From contig NC_020409.1 in assembly GCF_000341895.1 (NCBI RefSeq), forward strand, positions 3,272,411 to 3,304,410: a DNA stretch of 32,000 bases, written 5' to 3'. The notes beneath the pieces are model-generated. The model saw only the letters and a program-made list of their open reading frames with translations, was not told the origin of the DNA and ran no database searches. How positions within the stretch are numbered: position 1 is the first letter of the stretch; each line of letters opens with the position of its first letter. A program made the position numbers and the translations under genes. The stretch is from Pseudodesulfovibrio piezophilus C1TLV30 (lineage in GTDB: Bacteria; Desulfobacterota; Desulfovibrionia; Desulfovibrionales; Desulfovibrionaceae). Shown here in pieces: positions 1 to 8,678 of this stretch.

Positions 1-401
1 GTTGTTGGGAAGGGTTTTTGATTCTTTTTTACATTTTTTGTCAATGGAGTTTCCAATATCGGGAAAAATGATTTTCTTAACTTCTTTTAAGGTGTCTTCT
101 TTTGCAAATTTGATAATAGTCATTCTATTGTGTACTGCTTTCAACATGCTTTCATGTTGGAATTGTTCTTTATCGAGTTTTTTTAGTGGAATCAGTATGT
201 GTCAAAATGATGGTGAACAGCCTTTTGGATGGCTTTCTTGATTTGTGTGGGATTGATCGAAGACCTCATCGGTATGGTTCTGCCGAGTCTTGGGGCTGGC
301 CCTTCCTTTTGTTTGGTCCGTAAAATCCGCTGAGCGACATGGTTCTGTAGAGCCTGCTCAGTGACGGTGAAAACTCATGAAAGCCCGGAGGGGAATTCTG
401 A

Positions 402-3086
402 ATGAGCAGGGTTGAAATCAAGACCAGTTGCACCCGTGATTGTCCGAATACCTGCGGACTTGTCGCCACTGTCGCGGATGGGCGGTTAGTCAAGTTGGCG
501 GGAGATCCTTGCCATCCTTTGACCAAAGGAGTGGCCTGTCACAAAACAGCCAAATACATTCACCGTGTCTACAGCCCGGAGCGGATAGTTCATCCCATGC
601 TCAAGGAGGGGGGGAGGTGGCGGCAGGCTTCGTGGGATGAAGTGTTTGACTTGATAGCAGATCGCCTGAAGATCACCGTAGCTGAATCGGGGCCGGAGGC
701 CATCCTGTATTATCAGGGGAATGGTGAGCGGACCGCACTCAAATTGCTCAACAAGTATTTCTTCAACCTCATGGGTGGTGTCACAACCATGCGTGGATCG
801 CTGTGCGGTGGAGCCGGGCAGGGCGCACAAGAACTTGATTTGGGAAAACGCATATCCCATGACCCGTTAGACCATGGAAACAGTCGATCGATCATTCTCT
901 GGGCACGCAATCCTGTTTCCACCAATATCAGCCTGGTCCCTCTTGTCCGTACAATCAAAAAGCGGGGTGGCACGGTCATTGTCATTGACCCGGTGCGAAG
1001 CCGGTCTGCGGCCCTTGGAGACCGCCATATTGCTCCCACTCCAGGTGGGGATGGCTATCTTGCCATGGCTGCGGCAAAACTGATTCTGGCTGCCGGTGCC
1101 GAAGATCGGGAGTTCTTGTTCACGTATTCTGTTGGCTTTGAAGCCTATCAGGCGATTTTGAATCGGTTCAGCGTGGAAGAACTGTGTTCTCTCGCTGGAG
1201 TCTCGGTAATGGATGCGACTTTCCTCGCCGATACTTTGGTACGGGAAAAACCCACGGCGACGCTCCTGGGGTGGGGGGTGCATCGTTATGAACATGCGCA
1301 CTATTCGATTCGGCCTATCGATGCACTCGGCGCTCTCAGTGGCAATATCGGTGTCGCGGGCGGTGGAGTCAGTCAGGGATTCGAAGAGTATGCGCCATAT
1401 GATCAGACGTATTGGGGGGATGAACTCAATCCTCCACGTCGGACCTTCCTGCATCCCAAGTTGGGAGAGGAAATTCTCGGTGCGACCAATCCGCCAATTC
1501 GCATGATCTATGTGACTTCCGGTAATCCGGTCTGTATGGCTCCACATTCCTGCAAAGTGCGACAAGCGTTCGGACGTGCTGAATTCATGGTTTATTCCGG
1601 TCATTTCATGGACGATACAGCAAGTTTGGCAGATGTTTTTTTACCGGCGACAACCTTTCTTGAAGAAAACGATATTGTCGCAGGATATGGCCATAATTTT
1701 GTGGGAGCGGTGAATCAGGTTATTCCCCCTGTGGGCGAGTGTCTGTCTGAATTTCACATGTTCCATGCGTTGGCGGAGCGGTTCCCGTTTGCTGGACGTT
1801 TTCAACGCCCGGTCGATGCATGGTTGCAGGATATCTGTGCTCCTCTCTGGGCTCAGGGAACATCACTTGAAGCGGTCAGAGAGGGGGCGTTTCGCATGGA
1901 TGCTCCGATGGTTCCCTATGCGGATAAGACGTTTCCCACAGAATCGGGAAAATTTCAGTTCATGACCGAATTCGATCCCATGGAACAGATTGTTTCGGAT
2001 CGCCGGTATCCCTATAAGCTCCTGACGATTGCTCCTCATTCGTTTATTTGTTCGGAGCGGACCATGGCTGAACATTCGGCATTGCCCTCAGTGACGATGC
2101 ATGCTCAGGAGGCAGAGCGAAATGGTGTTCAGGACGGGATGGTTGTCAGTGTGTCGAGTTCAGTGGGGGAAGTCCGGGCCAGACTCAAAGTCGATGCTTC
2201 AATGCGGCGTGATGTGGTCATCGCGGAACGAGGCGGGTGGGCCAAGGCCGGGCATGGCTTGAATCAGTTGACGCGGGATATTCCCAGTCTGGTTGGTCAG
2301 GGAACACCGTTTTATGACACCTCAGTGGCAATTGGCCCGGTGTATGAAAAGAGTGCTCGGATATTGGTGGTTCGGGAAAGAGACCTTTCGCCCGAAGGGA
2401 CATTTTGCAAGGAGTTGGAGCGTCAGGGTGCCATGCTGGTGACTCTCAGGCCCGATGGAGGTGATCCTTTACCGGAAACTCTTTCGGATTTCGATGGATT
2501 GGTCGTTTTCGGGGGGCCGGAGCAGATTCAGAATGGATGTTCGAAAGGATATCTTGATCCCTTGATGCGCCTCATGCGCGAGTGTGATGCCGCGGGAAAA
2601 CCTGTTGCAGGAATCCGGCATGGGTGCCACCTCCTCGCCCTTGCTCATGGAGGGTCTGTGAAGGCTTTGGATGAACCGGAATTCGGTTTTTCCCAACCTC
2701 GCAGGACAGAGCTTGGTCGGGTGGATTCCGTGGTGGGCGGCACTGGTCCTGTGCCGGAATTGATGGGATATCACTGTGATTCGTTTGACCTGCCTTCAGG
2801 GGCTTCTTTGTTGATGGAAGGAGCCTCCGGTGACAAACAGTGTTTCAAGGTGGGGCAGTGTTCATATGGTTTTGAATTTCATCCGGGCGCGGATTCTTCC
2901 ATTGTCATGCATTGGATTGAGCTGTTCAGGCAGGATGAATCCATCAGGGAAGGTCGGTTTCGCATGCGGTATGATGATGCCTTTTTTGAGGCATTAATGA
3001 CTCGACTTCCCCTTTTGCTGGCTGATTCCGAGGCTTTTTGCCGTCACATGGTGCAAAAATGGTTGGAGTCGGTTGTCTCTGTTTGA
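402..3086 (+). CDS. Cytoplasmic Mo/W bis-MGD (molybdopterin) oxidoreductase fused to a C-terminal class-I glutamine-amidotransferase-like domain with a degenerate triad
   Basis: Uninterrupted 894-aa ORF with GGAGGGG at 387-393, 8 nt before the ATG. The N-terminus carries a C-x3-C-x3-C ... C [4Fe-4S] motif (CTRDCPNTCG ... KGVAC) typical of the DMSO-reductase superfamily, and there is no twin-arginine signal. GSLCGGAGQG is a candidate Cys Mo-ligand segment. Residues ~652-894 match the stand-alone GATase1 pattern (DGLVVFGGP, PVAGIRHGCHLLA, FEFHPG). Confidence 0.8.
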   Translation: MSRVEIKTSCTRDCPNTCGLVATVADGRLVKLAGDPCHPLTKGVACHKTAKYIHRVYSPERIVHPMLKEGGRWRQASWDEVFDLIADRLKITVAESGPEAILYYQGNGERTALKLLNKYFFNLMGGVTTMRGSLCGGAGQGAQELDLGKRISHDPLDHGNSRSIILWARNPVSTNISLVPLVRTIKKRGGTVIVIDPVRSRSAALGDRHIAPTPGGDGYLAMAAAKLILAAGAEDREFLFTYSVGFEAYQAILNRFSVEELCSLAGVSVMDATFLADTLVREKPTATLLGWGVHRYEHAHYSIRPIDALGALSGNIGVAGGGVSQGFEEYAPYDQTYWGDELNPPRRTFLHPKLGEEILGATNPPIRMIYVTSGNPVCMAPHSCKVRQAFGRAEFMVYSGHFMDDTASLADVFLPATTFLEENDIVAGYGHNFVGAVNQVIPPVGECLSEFHMFHALAERFPFAGRFQRPVDAWLQDICAPLWAQGTSLEAVREGAFRMDAPMVPYADKTFPTESGKFQFMTEFDPMEQIVSDRRYPYKLLTIAPHSFICSERTMAEHSALPSVTMHAQEAERNGVQDGMVVSVSSSVGEVRARLKVDASMRRDVVIAERGGWAKAGHGLNQLTRDIPSLVGQGTPFYDTSVAIGPVYEKSARILVVRERDLSPEGTFCKELERQGAMLVTLRPDGGDPLPETLSDFDGLVVFGGPEQIQNGCSKGYLDPLMRLMRECDAAGKPVAGIRHGCHLLALAHGGSVKALDEPEFGFSQPRRTELGRVDSVVGGTGPVPELMGYHCDSFDLPSGASLLMEGASGDKQCFKVGQCSYGFEFHPGADSSIVMHWIELFRQDESIREGRFRMRYDDAFFEALMTRLPLLLADSEAFCRHMVQKWLESVVSV

Positions 3087-3154
3087 GATGGGCATATGGT
3101 TGATGTGTGAAAGGTTATTTTTGAAAAATGAAATGAATTCATTCGCTAGCAATG

Positions 3155-3186
3155 CCGGAACCGAAGGCCAATACCTCCGGTTCCGG
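3155..3186. terminator. GC-rich hairpin between convergent genes (candidate bidirectional terminator)
   Basis: ccggaaccgaagg (3155-3167), loop ccaata, cctccggttccgg (3174-3186). This is a 13-bp stem with one mismatch. It lies between the stop of the + strand oxidoreductase (3086) and the stop of the - strand fusion gene (3224). Flanking T/A runs are weak. Confidence 0.55.
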
Positions 3187-3223
3187 TGTCATTCCTTGTG
3201 GTCTTTCTTGTTTGTTGCAGTGT

Positions 3224-6200
3224 TCAACTCCAGCGTATCAACCTGGTGTCATACTTGTTGGCAAGACCTGGGTGAATGGGGATGACCCTGATTCCATAGC
3301 GTATCGGACCTGAAGTCGGTGGGGCATATTTCGCATGAAATTCAAGTGTTTCCCCTTCGGTGTGTTTTAATTCCATGGGAATGCAATCCACGATGACTTC
3401 TTCATTGGGGCTGGTGGCCACCAGTTCAGCGAGTATTTCCTCTTCCAGAAGCTGTCCCTTGTCCACTTTGGCTTTGACTGTCAGTTTGTTCCCCAGCTTG
3501 AAGACATCACCAAGGATTCCTTCGACTTGAACTTCTTTGATGGTCACAGTGGCAAACCGACCTGGAATACGCTTGCGCCATTCTCCGACTTCTTTTGAAA
3601 GGGCGAAATCATTCTTGTTGCGCTTGGCTGCCAGTGACATCACGGGAAGATACCCATTATTGACATAGTCGAGTACCATGCGGTGGGTGCCATATTGCCT
3701 GAATGCTGTCTTCATGGATTCCTTCATGCGGCGAATCCATGCATGAGGGACGCCATCGCCATCCCTGTCGTAAAATTCAGGGATGACCTCCGTTTTCAGT
3801 GTGGCGTATAGGTTGTCGGCATCGACAATATCCTGATTTACCTGATTTTCATAAACCAAACCACTCCCTACAGCCCAACCGTTGCTGCCATTATATGCTT
3901 CATCCCACCAGCCATCGAGGATGGAGCAGTTGGGAACGCCGTTGACGGCGGCTTTCATACCGCTTGTCCCACTGGCTTCCATGAGGCGGGTGGGGTTGTT
4001 GAGCCAGACGTCCGCGCCGGAGACCAGTAGCCGGGCAAGGCGGATATCGTAACTTTCCAGGAAGATGACCCGGCCCAGGAAATCATCTTGTTTGGCAAGG
4101 CGACATATGAGATTGATGTAGCTCGCACCAATGGTATCGGCAGGGTGTGATTTGCCCGCAAAGATGATGTTCACCGGCTTGTCCTGGCTGCACAGGATTT
4201 CCTTGACCCGTTGCAGGTCATGGAAAAGCAGTGTGGGACGTTTGTATGCGGTGCATCGTCTGGCAAAGCAGAGTGTCAAATGGTCTGGATTGAGCGTTTC
4301 GAGAAAAGAGTGAAGGCGGTTGGGCGGTTCTCCTTCCCGCATCCATTGGGTGGATATGGAATGGCGGACTTCTTCATATAATCTGTTCTTCAAGGCCTTA
4401 TGCGTGTCCCACATTTTTCTGTCATCAATGGAATCCAGGCATCCCCAGTCGGAATTTTCGAGCAACTCCTCGTGTACCGAGACCGCGCAGGATGACTCGA
4501 TTTCTCCACGAAGTTGTTCATCAAGCCAGGATGGAATGTGAATGCCGTTTGTCACATGGCCGACAGGGACTTCTCCGAGCAGGAAACCGCGCCAGAGGTC
4601 CATCCACATTCGCCGGGAAACATCGCCGTGCAGTTTACTGACACCATTTCGAATACTGGATAGTTGCAGAGCCAGGACCGTCATGTTGAGATGGTCCGCT
4701 TCTTCGGCGTAGATATGACCAAGGTTCCAGAGGGATTCCCATGGGACACCCATCTCATCAGCATACATGTGAAAATAATTTTCAACCAGTGACTTCTCGA
4801 AACGTTCATTTCCGGCTGGAACCGGTGTATGCATGGTGAAGACCGTCGAGCCGCGAACGATTTCCTTGGCCGTGGCAAAGTCGACACTCTCTATGAGCAT
4901 GAGTTGGCGAAGGCGTTCAAAGAGCAGAAATGCGGAATGACCTTCATTGAGGTGATAGATGGCGGGGTCGATATCCAGTGCCTTGAGCAGACGGATGCCG
5001 CCCACGCCGAGAATGATCTCCTGCTCTATACGTCCCTTGGATGACGGGTCATACAACCGCGAAGAAATATCCCTGTCCGGGCGGGAATTTTCGACTACGT
5101 CGGTGTCAAGCAGGTAGAGGGTGGCCCGTCCAACATGGACCTGCCATATCTGGGCAAAGACAGTGCGACCAGGCAGGTCCACTGTCACCAACGTCTTTTC
5201 CGTATCGCTCCCATGCAGCGGGGTGATGGGCATGGCCGCAAAATCGTTCTCGCGGTATTCCACGACCTGGTCTCCGTTGCCATTGATTCGCTGATGGAAG
5301 AAGCCGTTCTTGTAGAGCAGGGAGATGCCTACAAACGGGAGGTTGAGATCACTTGCCGACTTTATATGATCTCCTGCGAGAAGTCCCAAACCTCCAGAAT
5401 AAATGGGAATTGATTCGTGTAGCCCAAATTCCATTGAAAAGTAGGATATGGGATTTTCCCATGTTATCCCTTCGATGTCAGCGGCATCCTTTTCCTGCAT
5501 ATACGCATCAAATCGCTCAAGAATATTGGTGAAACGGGCCATGAATTCGATGTCGCCGGAGAGTTCATTCAGTCGATCTCGGTCCATGGTATTAAGAAAA
5601 AGGACCGGATTGTGCCCGCACTCATGCCAATTGTCTTCATCCATCCATTTGAAAAGTTCCTGTGAATCCCGGTGCCACACCCACCAGAGGTTGTTGGCAA
5701 GGTCCCGCATCCTGCTGAGAGCTTGTGGAAGTTCTGTTACCACGGTGAAGGACCGGAGCCTTGGTTGGGTCGTGTTGACTCCGCTGAAGCTGATTTCCTG
5801 TCCTGGGGCGGCGGTCATGCGTTGCACTCCGGCTATCCGTTCTGTCCTGATTTCTGCTGCTCGTTGATACGCTTCCATATAGCGCGGGTAGAAATGTTCC
5901 CAGGTCGCTTCTTCGGCGATACGGCGGGCCTCACCGCTCCGGTAGCCTCGTTCGTTATCGTTCCATTGGGTGAAGTCGATTAAGAACTGGGTCAGGTTGT
6001 TTTTGACGGTTTCATAGGTGTCATCCAGTCGGTTGAGCACATGGACCCCCGGATGACCGGCAGGGTGCTTTTCCATAACCCATTGGCCGAATCCCGCCCG
6101 GTCCGAGGTGATAGTCGGGACGGAAAAAGCCGCGCTCTCCATGGGGGTATAGCCCCACGGTTCGTAAAAGGATGGGAATGCCGTCAGATCCAGGCCTGCC

Positions 6201-7465
6201 AGGGCATCGTAGTATTCGAGATTGAGAACACCGTCATTCCCGTCCAGGTAGACAGGAATGAAAATCACGCAGCATTTGTTTTCAGGGGCGTTATTTAGCC
6301 GTTGTTCGTGGCATTTTCTGACGATGGGGTCGTGTTCGGCATCACCGAGGTGATGGGTCGCGATACCGGCATATTTTTCAATATCATATTGTTCCTGTTT
6401 CAGACGTCTGCGAGCCTCTTCGCTGAATCCGGCGTAACCGCAGGAAACGAGAAGGAAGGTGACGACAGTGATATCTCCATCATTCGATGCCAGGTGGTCA
6501 TTGACCTCGGCAAGGCTATCCAGAAGCAGGTCGATGCCTTTGTTATGGAATTCATATCGCCCACTGGTGCCTACCAGAAGCGTTTTTTTCGGGTCGAGTT
6601 CTCTGTCCAGGAATCTGGACGCGAGATCCATGAGTCTGTTTCGCGCCATCTCCCTGGTCTTGGCCACTGCGGCAGGCTCGGCAAATCCTTCCAGATTGAA
6701 ACCGTTGACCGTAACAACTGCCGGATTGGTCCCGAGCAGATTTGATGCTTCCTTGCGGGTGATGTTGGAAACGGTAGTGAAACAATCCGCTTCACGGGCC
6801 GAGACGGATTCCATGGAATGCTTTGCCGTGACGCCGAAAACCTTGGCTTCCTGTGACGGTTCGATCTCTTCAAGACGGTCATAGATATCGACGCCGGAGC
6901 CGGACATGGCCCTGCCCAGCATGGTGGCGTGTGTCGTCAAAATGGTGGAAACACCGGGGGAATGTTTCTTGAGATACAGGACTCCGGCCCCGGACATCCA
7001 TTCATGAAAATGTGCAAAGACATCAGTTCCTTCCTCAAGGTCATCGTCAATCTCCTTGATGACCATGGCTGCTGCCGTGCTAAAGAGAACCGGCTCGATG
7101 TAGTCCCAGCCGCCAGCCATGGAGTCCACACCAAAATCATTCCAGAGTTGGAAGAGAAGTTTGTCGTGTGAGGTGAAGGCATTTTGGAATCCGATCAGGA
7201 TAACCCATGGGCTTCCTGGGATATCCCATCGTCCTACTGCTGTTTCAATGCCTTTTTCCCTGAGCCGTTCCAGTGTCGGGAGAATTATTTCCGGCGGTTC
7301 ACACGGCTCGAAGCCGGGGTTGCGATCAAGAAGTGGTCCCAGCGTTATGTATCTGTCTTCAAATGCGGCTGCGGCCTGGGTTGCTTTGCTGCTGATGACG
7401 GTGTGGATGCCGCCGACCTTGTTGCAGACTTCCCATGAAACTTCGAAGAGCCAATTGGTATCCAT
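3224..7465 (-). CDS. Fusion protein: N-terminal GT3 (eukaryote-type) glycogen synthase-like domain plus C-terminal GT35 alpha-glucan phosphorylase
   Basis: The ORF track gives 3224-7516. I prefer the ATG at 7465 (MDTNWLFEVSWEVCNKVGGIHTV) because GGAGAA lies 6 nt upstream and the upstream gene stops at 7479. The N-terminal FEVSWEV.NKVGGI.TV signature is that of GT3 glycogen synthases. The C-terminal half carries SYFSMEFGLHESIPIYSGGLGLLAGDH and the PLP-lysine motif EASGTSGMKAAVNG of alpha-glucan phosphorylases. Confidence 0.85.
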   Translation of the reverse strand: MDTNWLFEVSWEVCNKVGGIHTVISSKATQAAAAFEDRYITLGPLLDRNPGFEPCEPPEIILPTLERLREKGIETAVGRWDIPGSPWVILIGFQNAFTSHDKLLFQLWNDFGVDSMAGGWDYIEPVLFSTAAAMVIKEIDDDLEEGTDVFAHFHEWMSGAGVLYLKKHSPGVSTILTTHATMLGRAMSGSGVDIYDRLEEIEPSQEAKVFGVTAKHSMESVSAREADCFTTVSNITRKEASNLLGTNPAVVTVNGFNLEGFAEPAAVAKTREMARNRLMDLASRFLDRELDPKKTLLVGTSGRYEFHNKGIDLLLDSLAEVNDHLASNDGDITVVTFLLVSCGYAGFSEEARRRLKQEQYDIEKYAGIATHHLGDAEHDPIVRKCHEQRLNNAPENKCCVIFIPVYLDGNDGVLNLEYYDALAGLDLTAFPSFYEPWGYTPMESAAFSVPTITSDRAGFGQWVMEKHPAGHPGVHVLNRLDDTYETVKNNLTQFLIDFTQWNDNERGYRSGEARRIAEEATWEHFYPRYMEAYQRAAEIRTERIAGVQRMTAAPGQEISFSGVNTTQPRLRSFTVVTELPQALSRMRDLANNLWWVWHRDSQELFKWMDEDNWHECGHNPVLFLNTMDRDRLNELSGDIEFMARFTNILERFDAYMQEKDAADIEGITWENPISYFSMEFGLHESIPIYSGGLGLLAGDHIKSASDLNLPFVGISLLYKNGFFHQRINGNGDQVVEYRENDFAAMPITPLHGSDTEKTLVTVDLPGRTVFAQIWQVHVGRATLYLLDTDVVENSRPDRDISSRLYDPSSKGRIEQEIILGVGGIRLLKALDIDPAIYHLNEGHSAFLLFERLRQLMLIESVDFATAKEIVRGSTVFTMHTPVPAGNERFEKSLVENYFHMYADEMGVPWESLWNLGHIYAEEADHLNMTVLALQLSSIRNGVSKLHGDVSRRMWMDLWRGFLLGEVPVGHVTNGIHIPSWLDEQLRGEIESSCAVSVHEELLENSDWGCLDSIDDRKMWDTHKALKNRLYEEVRHSISTQWMREGEPPNRLHSFLETLNPDHLTLCFARRCTAYKRPTLLFHDLQRVKEILCSQDKPVNIIFAGKSHPADTIGASYINLICRLAKQDDFLGRVIFLESYDIRLARLLVSGADVWLNNPTRLMEASGTSGMKAAVNGVPNCSILDGWWDEAYNGSNGWAVGSGLVYENQVNQDIVDADNLYATLKTEVIPEFYDRDGDGVPHAWIRRMKESMKTAFRQYGTHRMVLDYVNNGYLPVMSLAAKRNKNDFALSKEVGEWRKRIPGRFATVTIKEVQVEGILGDVFKLGNKLTVKAKVDKGQLLEEEILAELVATSPNEEVIVDCIPMELKHTEGETLEFHAKYAPPTSGPIRYGIRVIPIHPGLANKYDTRLIRWS

Positions 7466-7478
7466 ATCTGTTCTCCTG

Positions 7479-8678
7479 TCACATGTTGCTCCGGGTTTCA
7501 TGAACCCGAAGAGCAAGATCGTTGAGGACGTTCATATAGGTTATGAACGCCTGATGCGGGGTATTGTAAGGATTGAAATACTTGTGCACGTCTCCATCAG
7601 AAAACCATTTGGTGCACATGTAATAGAAATGATCACTGGTCAGTAACTCACGCCATGTGGCGATCAGGTCGTCATCGTTGGTAGCGAGGATGTCTTCCTC
7701 CATTGCGTAGGCTAGCTCCGCCGCTTGATCCTGCATGGGATTCCCCAGCCATGCCGTGACATCGCGTTCAAGGTCGGCCCAGGAGGTGAAGTAGGGAACA
7801 TCCAGTTGTGCCATGGGATCATGGTATGCTGCGGCTTCCGCTGGGGTCTGAAAGCGAAAATCGTTATGGGCGAGTATGCTTCGGGGCAGGTCTCGGAAAA
7901 AATTGAAAATGCCGGTGTCCTCCCATTGATGTTCCCCGATGGTTTCATAATCCATGAAAAGGTTGACCACGTCTCCGTTGCCCGCGATAGCGTGAACCCA
8001 GCGGGCGAATTTGTCGGTGGTTATCGGCCATTCGTTCCAGTTCTGGTCTGAAAACCGAAAGGCAACGTCATCCGAGAGGCGATAATTCTTGAGCATTGCC
8101 TTGAGCTTGGTGCATCCGGCAGGTTGATAGAGGTAGTTTGGTGACCGCCAGCCCAGAACCTGGTCAGCACCTTCTGCAAGGATTGCCTTGTAGCCCATTT
8201 TCTCAATTTCCAGGGCCAGATCGTTGCTGTAGATCAATTCCGTGTTGCGAAACGTCGTCGGCTTGGAGCCGAAAAATTCTTCAAGGACGCGGCCATGCAT
8301 CTTGACCTGCCGACGGAATTCTTCCTTGGAAAAAAGAAATGCCAGTGAGTGATAATGGGTTTCTCCTATGAATTCGACACATCCGGTATCAGCCAGTTCT
8401 CGAAAGGAGTCGAGGACCTCGGGGCAGAACTCCTGGAATTGCTCCATGGCCACTCCGGTAATGGCGTAGGAGACGCGGAACTCCCCCTTGAATTGATGTA
8501 TCAGGTCGAGGACCATTCTGTTGGCGGGCAGGTAGCACTTGTCGGCAACCTTGCGCATGATGTCATGGTTGGTGGCTTCATCCCTGTAGTCATGCCTCCG
8601 GCCTATGTCGAAGAATGAGTATCCCTGATCGAGCCGCATGGGTTGATGAACCTGAAAGTAGAAACACACTGAAGTCAT
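7479..8678 (-). CDS. Glycoside hydrolase family 57 (alpha-amylase / alpha-glucan-active enzyme)
   Basis: 399-aa ORF. It shows GH57 conserved regions: N-terminal FYFQVHQPMR, AILAEGAD (nucleophile region) and FMDYETIGEHQW (acid/base region). Its ATG overlaps the upstream stop as ATGA at 8675-8678. Confidence 0.85.
   Translation of the reverse strand: MTSVCFYFQVHQPMRLDQGYSFFDIGRRHDYRDEATNHDIMRKVADKCYLPANRMVLDLIHQFKGEFRVSYAITGVAMEQFQEFCPEVLDSFRELADTGCVEFIGETHYHSLAFLFSKEEFRRQVKMHGRVLEEFFGSKPTTFRNTELIYSNDLALEIEKMGYKAILAEGADQVLGWRSPNYLYQPAGCTKLKAMLKNYRLSDDVAFRFSDQNWNEWPITTDKFARWVHAIAGNGDVVNLFMDYETIGEHQWEDTGIFNFFRDLPRSILAHNDFRFQTPAEAAAYHDPMAQLDVPYFTSWADLERDVTAWLGNPMQDQAAELAYAMEEDILATNDDDLIATWRELLTSDHFYYMCTKWFSDGDVHKYFNPYNTPHQAFITYMNVLNDLALRVHETRSNM

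Noticed and set aside
2-241. A 79-aa + strand ORF at the left edge, starting with TTG.
   Set aside because: The translation is hydrophobic and Ser/Phe/Leu-rich, reads like the antisense of a Lys/Glu-rich frame, and has no RBS. The minus-strand partial frame (1-123) is a more plausible coding reading but is too short to call.
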